NCBI RefSeq assembly: GCF_006345805.1
Contig: NC_042997.1
Coordinates: 72,726,001-72,790,000 of the forward strand
Source: Octopus sinensis
Lineage: Eukaryota
Reading direction: 5' to 3'
Length of the DNA: 64,000 nucleotides
The notes under the pieces were generated by a model, which saw only the letters and a list, made by a program, of their open reading frames with translations, was not told the DNA's origin and did no database searches. Position 1 is the first letter of the stretch, and every line of letters begins with the position of its first letter. Shown here one piece after another: positions 1 to 10,692 of this stretch. The position numbers and the translations under genes were made by a program.

Positions 1-1262
1 TGTCTCGTTCCACCTTTTTCTAACTCATTCACTCCATATATATTTTTTCTCAAGTTGTTTGTTTTTGTCGCTTGATGTTGGGCTGCTACAATTAGACTCT
101 ATGTTGCTTTTTTTAATTGCCCCTTTTTAAACCAAACCCAGGATTTTGTTCTTGATAAGTCTTCCGTCGCTCTCCAAAATTAGCCATGCAGTGTTTTCTC
201 TTCGACCTGTCTGGCGTGCTCTCTTTGTATTTCATTCTTGTCCTTTTCTCCTATTACGCGCTTCATCACCTGCTCTTTATTGACTGTTTTTAATAGTTTG
301 TCTGTGTTGCTCTGTAAATACTCTACTTTCCATATGTACACATTCTTCTACGGCTATTTAGTCTATTCCACCATGGTCTCTCCTCAAGTACAGCCGGTTG
401 ATATCAGCTTTCGGATGGTGGGCTCTACACAACATCAACTACTTCTTAGTTTTTCTATCAAGTTTCTTTACATCGTTTTTGGTCCAGTCTATAATTTCAA
501 CTCCATACTGCTCTTGAATTTATTGCTTCAATAAGAGTTTTGGAATTCAGTTTTGACTGCAATAAATTTCTTACTTTCCTTGTGTACTCCCTACAGGTAA
601 TTCGTTTCATTTCTTCATTTTTATCTCGTCTGCTTCCAGTATTCCCAAGTACTTATACCACTGTCCTTTCTTAATCGCTCTCATTGTTTACCCATTTGGC
701 ATTTCAATTCCCTAACTTCTTTCAAATCTTCCTCGTTTCATTTTCAACATAGCGCACTTTTCTATCCCAAATTCCGTACTTACGTCATTTGGGAAAACGT
801 GGATAGCATGTACAAAACTTTCAAGCTGTGTTTCATTTTTCGCATATACCTTTATATCATCCATGAAAAGGAGATGATTTATTTGATCATTTCTTTTTCC
901 CAAATGGTAAGCAATTTTAACTTTCCGTAATATCATAGTGAGCGGTGTCATGACCAATACGAATAGTAATGGAGATAAACTGTCACCTTGGAGTATTCCA
1001 CGTCTGATTTTCACATTTTCTCAAGTATTCCCAGATACTTCTATCTGGGCATATCTGCAGGTATTTATTCAAGTTCAATTACCTTCATCTTTTCACCACT
1101 TGGATATGCCTTCTATCCTAACATACATATGCCTTCTATAGTTTCCTCGTCTCATCACCATCGTAGCACATTTTGAGAGTCTAAAGTCCATCGTGTTATC
1201 ATTCGAAAAAATCCGCACAGACTGGACTAGACTGTCAAGTTCTGCCTCATTTTTGCGAATAA
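1..1262 (-). mobile_element. R4/Dong-like (RLE-type) non-LTR retrotransposon, decayed RT fragments (two pieces: 1-1138 and a second RT 5-7 piece at ~1139-1262)
   Basis: ORF 712-1014 reads IRRGILQGDSLSPLLF...HLLFMDDIKVYAKNE...FGIEKCA. Downstream frames give KYLGILE and HHPKADINRLY, motifs also present in the copy at 62554-63363. Confidence 0.85.
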
Positions 1263-1272
1263 CTTCAAGTCA

Positions 1273-2420
1273 TATTATTATTATTATACGCTTGGCTTTT
1301 GCCTTGTAGTTGTACAAGTTGACTACAAGTCTCACCCAGAGATCTCAAAAGACAACAAAATAGAAGTTCAGTTTGGTGTTATAACTAGGGTGCTATATTT
1401 TGGGTTTTGCTCAGACTATTGTTCTAGACTCTAGAATCTAGAGGATGTCTGTCAAAACATAAGTAAATTAAAAGTTTGTTTTAAAAGTAATTTGATTATA
1501 AGATGATAATCTGATGTTAAGATGACAGTAAAAAGTGTTTACTATTACGTACATTTCAAAGTAATTTGACACTGTTTATGGATTAGAATGTTTTGGGGAT
1601 TACATAGACAATATTTTTCAATGAGCACTATTTTAAAAATTTGTTCTTCTATTTTTGGATTTCGTGGTATCTGGGACAGGTAGCAATCAGCACCTTTTGC
1701 TATCATTCCTAGGGTACCTTTGACAACAGGTATTGTTTTAGCCTTGAGGTCCTACATTTTGCCAATTTCTATTTCAAGATTTATATACTTGCTCAGTTTT
1801 TTCGGTAGATCTTGACAGATACGTTTATATCGATTGGGACAGTCATATCGATGAGGAGGCATGATTTTTGTCTGGAATCCTTCCATATAATGCCTACTTG
1901 CATCTATCTTTCTGTCGGTTTGACTTGTAAAGTTCCAAAGGAGTGAGATGCGATCATTTTCAAGCACTGGAGTTAGTTTGTATTCCCTCTAGTTTTTTTT
2001 AATCATGGGACAAGTCCAAGTCTTTGCAAATTACCCAGTAAATATACTGTGCTGTTCTTTCATGCCTGTTGAGATACTCTGTAGGCGCAAGAAGAGTGCA
2101 CATAAAAACAACATGATCGATGGTTTCATTTTGTTGTTTACATGACATACAGGACACGTTGGGCTATTGCCGTTCTTTAAGATGTTGGCCTGGTAGCTTC
2201 TTGTAGGTAGACATTGATCTTGGGCTGCTATGATAAATCCTTCTGTCTCTGATTTTAAGCCAGAAAACACTAGCCATTGATGGGTATTTTGTCACCATCA
2301 GCATTATTAGCTGCCTTTGGCTATTTGCCCCTGAGATGTTTTTCTTGCCATTTATCAGTAAGAATATCTAAAGTAGCAGTTTTAGCAAAGGTTTTCATAC
2401 GCTTAGCTTTATCTGTGCTT
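1273..2420 (-). mobile_element. R4/Dong-like LINE, 5'-truncated 3' end (zinc finger, RLE endonuclease region, 3'UTR, (TAA)n tail)
   Basis: ORFs 2031-2270 (GLKSETEGFIIAAQDQCLPTR...CPVC) and 1752-1967 (LENDRISLLWNFTSQTDRKI). The 3'UTR matches the + copy at 62275-62450. Both ends abut TAA repeats. Confidence 0.85.
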
Positions 2421-2421
2421 G

Positions 2422-2422
<1 letters not shown>

Positions 2423-2482
<60 letters not shown>

Positions 2483-2553
2483 ATTATTATTATTAATTAT
2501 TATTATTATTATTGTTATTGTTATTGTTGTTATTATTATTATTATTATTATTA
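2423..2553. repeat. (TAT)n/(TAA)n microsatellite
   Basis: Directly visible trinucleotide run adjoining the truncated 5' end of the Dong-like copy. Confidence 0.97.
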
Positions 2554-3114
2554 AGGCAGCAGATCTAACTAGCACAAATTTACCCTTCAATATAGGAGGA
2601 TCTATTATATCTCCACATACAGGCTTAATGATTATTGAATTTAACTTAAAATCAATAACAAAATCTCTTTTTCACTGGTCTCAACAATTTCAGATTTGAT
2701 ACAGCTTGATTTTACATTTAGAAACAGAAGTAGATAATTTCATGAAAGCTATCCCGGTAAACAGCTCTACTTCGTGGACCGAGCATCTGTCTCTATAGTT
2801 AAGCTGCTTTTGGTATTGTGTTAGAGTACTAGGAACGGCATAAAAGCCATAACTCACATTCGGCACTTAAAAGTACAAGATCATTTTGACTTTATCAAAA
2901 GAAACTAATACTATAGTATAAAGGCTGTAAAAACTCATTTCCCTTTCCTCAAGTCACTGTAGCAAGTATTGAACATTAAGAATAGATTTCTTGACGATTT
3001 AACAGTCTAAGATATCATTTTGATTTTCCATATAAATTTCGCTTTTCTATGACTTGTAAATATATTGGGAAAGGAGTGTAGCGCCAAAATATTCAATTCT
3101 CCCAGAATTTCTGC

Positions 3115-3155
<41 letters not shown>

Positions 3156-3588
3156 TTATACCGAGAATTTTTTGTTTTATCAATGAAAGGAAATAGACAC
3201 CTGTTTATCATAGGATCAACTGGCATACAAATGGCATTCCGAAGCCTGAAGCAAAATCAAGGACCGAATTTAATACTGACGCTATTCTAGATGATTAAAA
3301 ATTTTTGTTTGAGGTTGAATACTGGAAGGTCTTGTTTCAAGCTAACAGGGCAAGATAAATAATAAAAGAAAGAGATACAGTGAGTACATCTATGGATGTC
3401 TGTTTGTTGGCATCAGGTAGAGGGTAAAACGGAGTAAAAGAGAAAACATGAAAACATCAATATTTAAAATTAAGAAGCAACTTTTCTTCTTAGTTTTTAT
3501 AGTAGTGATCTCTCTCTCCTCTCTCTTTCTTCTTTCTTTCTCTCTCTCTCTCTCTCTCTCTCGTTCTCTCAACCCAGTGACTTTTTCA

Positions 3589-3646
<58 letters not shown>

Positions 3647-3791
3647 AAGAGCAATAAAGATTCAAGTTAATTTAAAAAATTTACTTGAATATGGTACCTA
3701 ACTTAGATGCACCAAAAAAACTATACTGATTTAACAATACAGTAATGTGGGGTGATTATAAGCGAGAAAGAAGCAACAAGAATGGATAGGT

Positions 3792-3882
3792 TTTTAGTAC
3801 GATCGTTTCATACAAGGACAGGTTTTATTAAAAGTTGCAAAGATTACAGCATATAAACGAGTCCCGTACTCATCAGCTAAAA
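3792..3882 (-). ncRNA. Type I hammerhead ribozyme, mirror copy in left palindrome arm
   Basis: Reverse complement of 5973-6061: TTTTAGTACGATCGTTTC...TCATCAGCTAAAA. All core nucleotides are intact. Confidence 0.83.
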
Positions 3883-5972
3883 TACATGTAAGTTCTCTAG
3901 ACATCCTAGTGTTTGAGGCTATACTCATGAAGTAATGTAGATAATTAAACAGATTTCTAAAGATCATTAAAGTTCTTTAAAGATGATGTATAGTCTTATC
4001 ACAGAATTTTAAAAAGTTTTGATAGCATCACAGAGAAGGTGACCTAATCCATATGAATTTCCATAGATATGATGAGGGATTATATACTCACAGAAGACAA
4101 ATTTATCCATTGTTATTAGCATTACAGAGAGGGTGAATTAATCCTTTGTATATATGCACAGATTCCATGGTGTAGATGTAAATTTCCAGAGAAATGGAGA
4201 TGAATTTCATATTCACAGGCGATAAATTTTACAATGGTTGAACACAATGAGGTAGGTACCAATCCTTGTTATATGATTAGGTGTTTGCCATATTAATCAC
4301 ATTACTGCTATTCACAAGAGGCTGTAGCTATTTAACTCTTAAAGGTTGAAGGCTTACTAGATCGGCCAAGAATAGAGAGGGAATAGAAGAAAAGAGAGAA
4401 ATAATGGAGGAGGGAGCAAAAAAGGGGGGGAAAGGGGGACTAAAAGAGAAGAGAAAAGGAAACAGAGAATAAGAAGAAGAAAAAGAAGAAGAGAAAAGAG
4501 AAAGAAATAGGGAAAGAAGGGAAAAAAAAAAAAGAAAAAGAGGGTTCTAGTTATACAGAAGAGCTAGTAGACTGTAAGTCTGGTTTTAATCAACAGGCAT
4601 CTAGGAACTGTAGGGGAATATTATTCTTTGACCAGTAAACCGTTAATTTATTGCTGTTGAATCAGCTATGAGTTTAAAGAGAATCTAAAGAGATAACACA
4701 GTCAGGTTAAGGGGTCAGATGCTAAAATCACCAGAAAATACATTAGGAAAATCAAAGTATAATCTTATCAAAAAGTCATTAAAAATTTACTTATTTAATT
4801 TATTCATTTTATTGTCTTAAGGAGTTGTCGTTATTATTCATACATTGACCGACTACAGGTCAAATCTTATAAGATCATTTACAAGGTGTTAGGGGATTGT
4901 CTATCCTAATGAAGATAATCATAATATGATTATCTTCATTAGGATAGACAATCCCCTAACACCTTGTAAATGATCTTATAAGATTTGACCTGTAGTCGGT
5001 CAATGTATGAATAATAACGACAACTCCTTAAGACAATAAAATGAATAAATTAAATAAGTAAATTTTTAATGACTTTTTGATAAGATTATACTTTGATTTT
5101 CCTAATGTATTTTCTGGTGATTTTAGCATCTGACCCCTTAACCCCTGACTGTGTTATCTCTTTAGATTCTCTTTAAACTCATAGCTGATTTCAACAGCAA
5201 TAAATTAACGGTTTACTGGTCAAAGAATAATATTCCCCTACAGTTCCTAGATGCCTGTTGATTAAAACCAGACTTACAGTCTACTAGCTCTTCTGTATAA
5301 CTAGAACCCTCTTTTTTCTTTTTCTTTTTTTCCCTTCTTTCCCTATTTCTTTCTCTTTTCTCTTTCTTCTTTTTCTTCTTCTTATCTCTGTTTCCTTTTC
5401 TCTTCTCTTTTAGTCCCCTTTCCCCCCCTTTTTTGCTCCCTCCTCCATTATTTTCTCTCTTTTCTTCTATTCCCTTCTCTATTCTTGGCCGATCTAGTAA
5501 GCCCTTCAACCTTTAAGAGTTAAATAGCTACAGCCTCTTGTGAATAGCAGTAATGTGATTAATATGGCAAACACCTAATCATATAACAAGGATTGGTACC
5601 TACCTCATTGTGTTCAACCATTGTAAAATTTATCGCCTGTGAATATGAAATTCATCTCCATTTCTCTGGAAATTTACATCTACACCATTGGAATCTGTGC
5701 ATATATACAAAGATTAATTCACCCTCTCTGTAATGCTAATAACAATGGATAAATTTGTCTTCTGTGAGTATATAATCCCTCATCATATCTATGGAAATTC
5801 ATATGGATTAGGTCACCTTCTCTGTGATGCTATCAAAACTTTTTTAAAATTCTGTGATAAGACTATACATCATCTTTAAAGAACTTTAATGATCTTTAGA
5901 AATCTGTTAATTATCTACATTACTTCATGAGTATAGCCTCAAACACTAGGATGTCTAGAGAACTTACATGTA

Positions 5973-6061
5973 TTTTAGCTGATGAGTACGGGACTCGTTT
6001 ATTGCTGTAATCTTTGCAACTTTTAATAAAACTGTCCTTGTATGAAACGATCGTACTAAAA
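5973..6061 (+). ncRNA. Type I hammerhead ribozyme (Penelope/retrozyme-type, minimal helix III)
   Basis: Helix I TTTTAG(5973-78)/CTAAAA(6056-61); core CTGATGA(5979-85); helix II GTACGGGAC/GTCCTTGTAT with long extension; GAAA(6044-47); helix III AC-[GATC]-GT; cleavage triplet GTA(6053-55). Confidence 0.85.
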
Positions 6062-6648
6062 ACCTATCCATTCTTGTTGCTTCTTTCTCGCGTATATATA
6101 TATATATATATATATATGTCTATGAATATGTGAGTATACATAGACATTCCTTATCTCAGCCAAATGACTTGAATTACATATACAGCATATTTGCATGGCA
6201 ACAAGTAAGCTTTCCTTTGCTGATAAATTATAAGAAAATGCGACCAAACTTATCTATCTTGAGTATCAAAAATGGCTGTTATCTAAGGTAGAATGTCTTT
6301 TCAACACTGATAAACTATTTTTACATGTGGAACTGCACTTTGTGTGGTTGAAATATACATGTCGTTATCTAATGTCATCGTTTCAATTTCAACTTCGTTT
6401 CAATTGGTTTCGTACGGGCCCACAACTCTTTAGATTCCAATTTGTGGGAAGTTGAGAATGCCATGATTTCCACTATTTTCTGATGAGAAAATTACAATCA
6501 GGTGGTGAACTCTACTTGCTCATCTTCGTTTAAATCAATAGCATTTACTACGCCTTCATTCGAACATTGAATGATTTAAATGAATTTTAAGCCCCATTGC
6601 CTTCAAATTTGTCAGAATATGCATGTACAAATGTGTCTGTCTGTCTGT

Positions 6649-6935
6649 TTCCCTAAAACTTGAGAACTACACAACCAATTTCATTCAAATTTTACACATG
6701 CCTTACTTAGGTTCCGGGGAGTGTCATCGGCAAAAATTTTTAACTTTTTGCCTAGGGCGAGCCCACAGCAATATCATATCTTCTCCACTACGATTCCCTA
6801 AAACTTGAGAACTACACAACCAATTTCATTCAAATTTTACACATGCCTTACTTAGGGTCCATGTAGTTTCATGGGCAAAAAAGTTCAACTTCTTGCCTAG
6901 AGCGAGCCCATAGCAATATCATATCTTCTCCACTA
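6649..6935 (+). repeat. Two ~145-bp tandem units, probably the internal repeat of a non-autonomous Helitron
   Basis: TTCCCTAAAACTTGAGAACTACACAACC...ATATCTTCTCCACTA starts at 6649 and 6794, preceded by TGTCTGTCTGTCTG. The Helitron assignment is by resemblance only. Confidence 0.6.
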
Positions 6936-7227
6936 TTTCAGTATTACGTGTTAAAAGTGAAACAAAAACATTTCTCTATTTTATGTCAGATACTTTCACT
7001 TTAACAATAAAAATAATAATAACAATTGAATTATATGTAGTAAGTAATAATTAAAATCAAACTAAAGTATAATATAATCGTAACATAACAAAAGTAAAAA
7101 TAGCAATTGGTATAAAATTGCATCAATGATTTGAACTTGAATAAGTGGTTTCACATGAATGGGAATAAATTAAAAATAATTAGCGTGCAGAAATGGAATA
7201 GTCCAGATGGATAATAAAAAATTAAAT

Positions 7228-7297
7228 TAAAGAAAAGACTATTGTCTATAAAGTATACAATGTAGAGAAAAAAGAAGATTTGAACGTATGGAGGAAA
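7228..7297 (+). pseudogene. Left piece of interrupted Tx1-like ORF1 (host element C)
   Basis: Reads KEKTIVYKVYNVEKKEDLN-MEE, aligning with KENKTVTYRTQDKNTKKLARVE in ORF1 of unit A. It ends in ATGGAGGAAA (7288-7297). Confidence 0.7.
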
Positions 7298-9083
7298 TTT
7301 ACCCAAGTGTGTTGTTATCTGTGATTAGACGTTGAAATTTTGTTGTGTAAAGTGATTAATATCGCGCGAGGCGTTTGCCTCCACGTGTGGAAACCTTCCG
7401 AAGAAGGTGAATTGACCCTCTAGTCATGGCGACTTACGCGGGGGTCACGGGAAAGAAAAATAATGATTCGTCGATAATCGTGAAGGATGTTTTCTTTGAG
7501 AAGAGTAAAATCAAGGAATATGAAAAGCTCTTCAAAAGGGAGGGTGATAGCGTGAAGCTAATCCCCCCGCGAAAGCAAAAGAGGACAAAGAAAACAAGAC
7601 TGTAACATATAGAACCCAAGACAAAAATACAAAGAAACTGGCAAGAGTGGAGATAGCAGAAATCGAAAAATGTCTGGGAGACATAATGGGGAAATCGACC
7701 TACGTGAGTAGAGGCAAGAAATTTGGTACGGTGGAGGTGAGATGTGCAACGGAAGAAATTGCAGCCTCACTGGCTACCACTGTACTAAGAGCGGAAACAT
7801 TTATAATGTGGCCCTCATACAAGGGAAGAAGAGGGGTCCGGGTTAAAATCCCGAATATACCCCAGAAGTGAAAACAGAATGGCTGGCAACAGCTATTCTA
7901 GGAGCAGCAGAAGAGGAAGTGGAGGTGGAATCCTTTAAGGAGTCCAACGCGATAAACTGGAGAGGATATGGGGTAGAACTGTGTTTGATGGCCACAAAAG
8001 AGGACATTGAAAGGTTCCCCTACAGAATAGAAATTGAAGATGAGAAACCCTCAGTGTAATTGTAGAGGGAAGAAAGCCAAACTGCTACTTGTGCGGGACA
8101 AGGGGGCACATTAAAAAAGAGTGCCCGTTATACGAATTCGTAGCGAGTGCGATGCGAGCAGGAACTTGAAGAAAAGAAGAATACGGTAAATGAAAAAGAA
8201 AAAGAAAACATAGAAAAGGAAACAAACAACAAGAGAAAGGAAATAATAAGTCAATGAAGGAAAAAGAAATAAAAGAAAAGAAAGAAATAGAACCAAAACA
8301 GAGTCAGGAAAAAAAAAAGGAAAAAGAAACAACAGGAAAAAAACAAGAGAGAGATCAGAATCAAACGAAAAGAAAAGACGGCGGCACACAAAAAGAAAAA
8401 GAAAAGGAACATAAAACACGAGAGAAAGAGAGAACAGACAAAGAACCAAAAAGACAAGAGAAGGAAGAAGAAAGAAAAGAAGGCAAAAAGAGAGAAAGAG
8501 AGAAACAAAGAGAGGAGAACAAGGAAGAAATAAGCCCGAAAAGAAAAACGAGAGGAAAACGTAGGACGGAAACAAGATTACTGCTTCTACAAGTTAGTAA
8601 CCTTCCATCTTGCCCTGAAACGAAAGAATTGACAAGTAGTACGGAGGGACATATATGGGTCAACAGGATGACCGATCAGTGGCAGGAGACTGCTCTAATC
8701 CCGAAGAAAGAGTCGCTGAGTTCCTCAGAGCTGCCGGAGAGAGTGTAACGTTTTACACGAGTGTTCGAGTGAGAGAGCGGCTGCCTGCCTGAGGGCTCAG
8801 TGATTGACTTTAGAGAATTGAAAACTATTATGGAATACGTATAGAATTGTGAGAAGAGAGAGAAGAAAGAAGAGAAAAAAGAAAATATTGTGAAATATAT
8901 GTGACGAAAATGTAACCTCTCGATTCCGGGGATCGAGTGGGCATTTACATCTCATTGTAAATATTCTTTCATATGTCATTTTTTACTTTTATTTTTTTCC
9001 TTTTCTTGTCATTCGCTTTCTTATTTTAAGTTCCCCGACTGTACTGTCCCATCTATGTTCGCCCCTTGTGGGTAGTAATAAAA
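7298..9083 (+). mobile_element. Unit A: ORF1-only Tx1-like retroelement (no ORF2)
   Basis: Has a 5'UTR, ORF1 and a short 3' region ending TGTCCCATCTATGTTCGCCCCTTGTGGGTAGTAATAAAA, near-identical to the 3' end of unit B. Flanked by ATGGAGGAAA on both sides. Confidence 0.8.
7426..8748 (+). CDS. ORF1 (gag-like, CCHC zinc knuckle) of unit A, with several 1-bp frameshifts
   Basis: ATG at 7426 (MATYAGVTGKK). Pieces 7647-7871, 7868-8059 and 8254-8748. CYLCGTRGHIKKEC at ~8081-8125 is followed by a K/E-rich tract. Confidence 0.75.
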
Positions 9084-9313
9084 TCACATGGAGGAAATCA
9101 ATTTTTTGCGTTTATTAGTAAGTTGATATATTTTTGCTCTCGTACTATTATCTCTGTTATTATATACTGTTGGTCTACCTGTTTTGTCTATTGTTGTCTA
9201 ACTGACGAAGTCAGCCTTCGCGCGAAGACTTCGCGTTGGTGTTCCCCCCTCAGTGGGGGAAAACTACAATTAATTTGGATTTACCAAAGGCTTGTTAAAG
9301 CCATTTGTTCAAG

Positions 9314-10684
9314 ATGGAGTCCCCCATCTCTTATTCGCCCGTGACGAGCGAGGATGAATACCCGGCGTTGTCGCCAAGTAAAAAAGAGGCGTTGTCGCCA
9401 AGAAAAAAGAAGCGTTGTCGCCGAAGAAAAAAGAGGCGGCGTTCGCCCAAGAAAATGGAAAAACCAGTACCAGCATCAACTCCAGCAAAAAAATTCGCTG
9501 AAAGTGGCTGGGAAAAAAGATCAAAAAAATAAATATAGAAAATTTTAAAAAATTTGCAGACTGTGTAAAAAAAGAAGGCACAGAAGTGACTGTGGCCACA
9601 AACATACAAATACATGACGATATAGAAAAAAAAAAGAATAATATATAAAACTTACGACACAACGAAAAAAATGATCCAAAAATCGAAGAAAAAAAAATAG
9701 AGTTCTTGTCTAAAACCTTTTATGGATAAAATAACGTATATAAACAGAGGAAAAAGATACGGCACAGTGGAGGTGCGTTTTACTACGGAGGAGATAGCGA
9801 AGAAACTATCGATGGAGCCAATCAAAGCGGAAAACATTGTCTTACTGCCATTGTATAAAGGAAAAAGGACGTCGAAAATTTCGATGAACAACATACCGCC
9901 AGAGGCAGATGCTGAATGTCTGGTGGCAGCAGTGATGGTAGGTCTGGAGGAAAAATAAACATCCTCCAGGCCACAGTGGAGGAAGAGAGTTCTGGAAAGG
10001 GCAGAAAATAGTGATAGCCATTCAGGCGGAGGTGCAAACACTGGAAGAAATTCCAGAAACGTAAAGATTAGTGAAGACGAGAAAATAACAGTTTTCGTGG
10101 AGGGCAGGAAGCCGAGGTGCTTCGGCTGCGGCAAGAAGGGTCATGTAAGGGCGGAATGCCAACCCCAACCCAAACCGCAGGAAGCACCTAAGCCAAGAAA
10201 AAGAAGATAATGTGTCACCAGATGCAGCGTCGGACGGCCCAGAAGGGAAGACTGAAGGTGTGGAGGTGACGGTGACGGCAGAACCAGCGGCGGAGGAAAA
10301 AAGAGCGAGGAAAAGATAAATGAGGAGGGGTGGGCAAAATTACCGGAAAAAAAAAGAAAAAGGAAACCACCCCTCCCAGAGTAATTTTAAAAAGAAAAAG
10401 AGTCAATGAACTCGTATATGGCCGTAAAGGCAGCAAATAGCAGACTCGGAAACGTGTTGGCAGCCATGGCCAAAGTGGAGAAAGTAGTGAAAAAAAACGA
10501 CTTTGTAATTTACAGAATAGGCCGGAAGGATTACGGGCGGATAAAGTCAGAATTCTTCCATGACGTAGGCCCACTTAGATTGGATGTGACATCTCCACAT
10601 ATATTCGAGGGCCTACGTCAGACTCCCCCACGAGGCCCAGAAAAAGAGTTAGAAGAACAAGAGAAAACCGAACCACTGATATAA
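9314..10684 (+). CDS. ORF1 of unit B (zinc knuckle protein), frameshifted in A-runs
   Basis: ATG at 9314 (MESPISYSP). 9722-9958 reads YINRGKRYGTVEVRF, homologous to unit A. CFGCGKKGHVRAEC at ~10118-10160. Ends at the stop of ORF 10406-10684. Confidence 0.8.
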
Positions 10685-10692
10685 GGTAAGTA

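Larger units (their letters stand above)
3762..6091. repeat. Long near-perfect palindrome (arms ~1.16 kb: 3762-4923 and 4925-6091, centre 4924)
   Basis: The centre reads GAAGATAATCATA-A-TATGATTATCTTC. The arm ends are GCGAGAAAGAAGC and GCTTCTTTCTCGC. The differences I found between arms are 1-bp indels. Confidence 0.97.

Noticed and set aside
6300-6620. Possible Helitron helicase remnant on - (KFEG..FKSFNV..NEGVVNAIDL..HKLE)
   Set aside because: The resemblance needs several frameshifts and stops; too weak without a search.
8111-8663. Hydrophobic F/L-rich minus-strand ORFs resembling membrane proteins
   Set aside because: They are the antisense of the K/E-rich ORF1 tract of unit A.
9202-9236. 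CTGACGA in the unit B 5'UTR as a hammerhead
   Set aside because: No GAAA after the stem and no helix I/III; it is only a hairpin.
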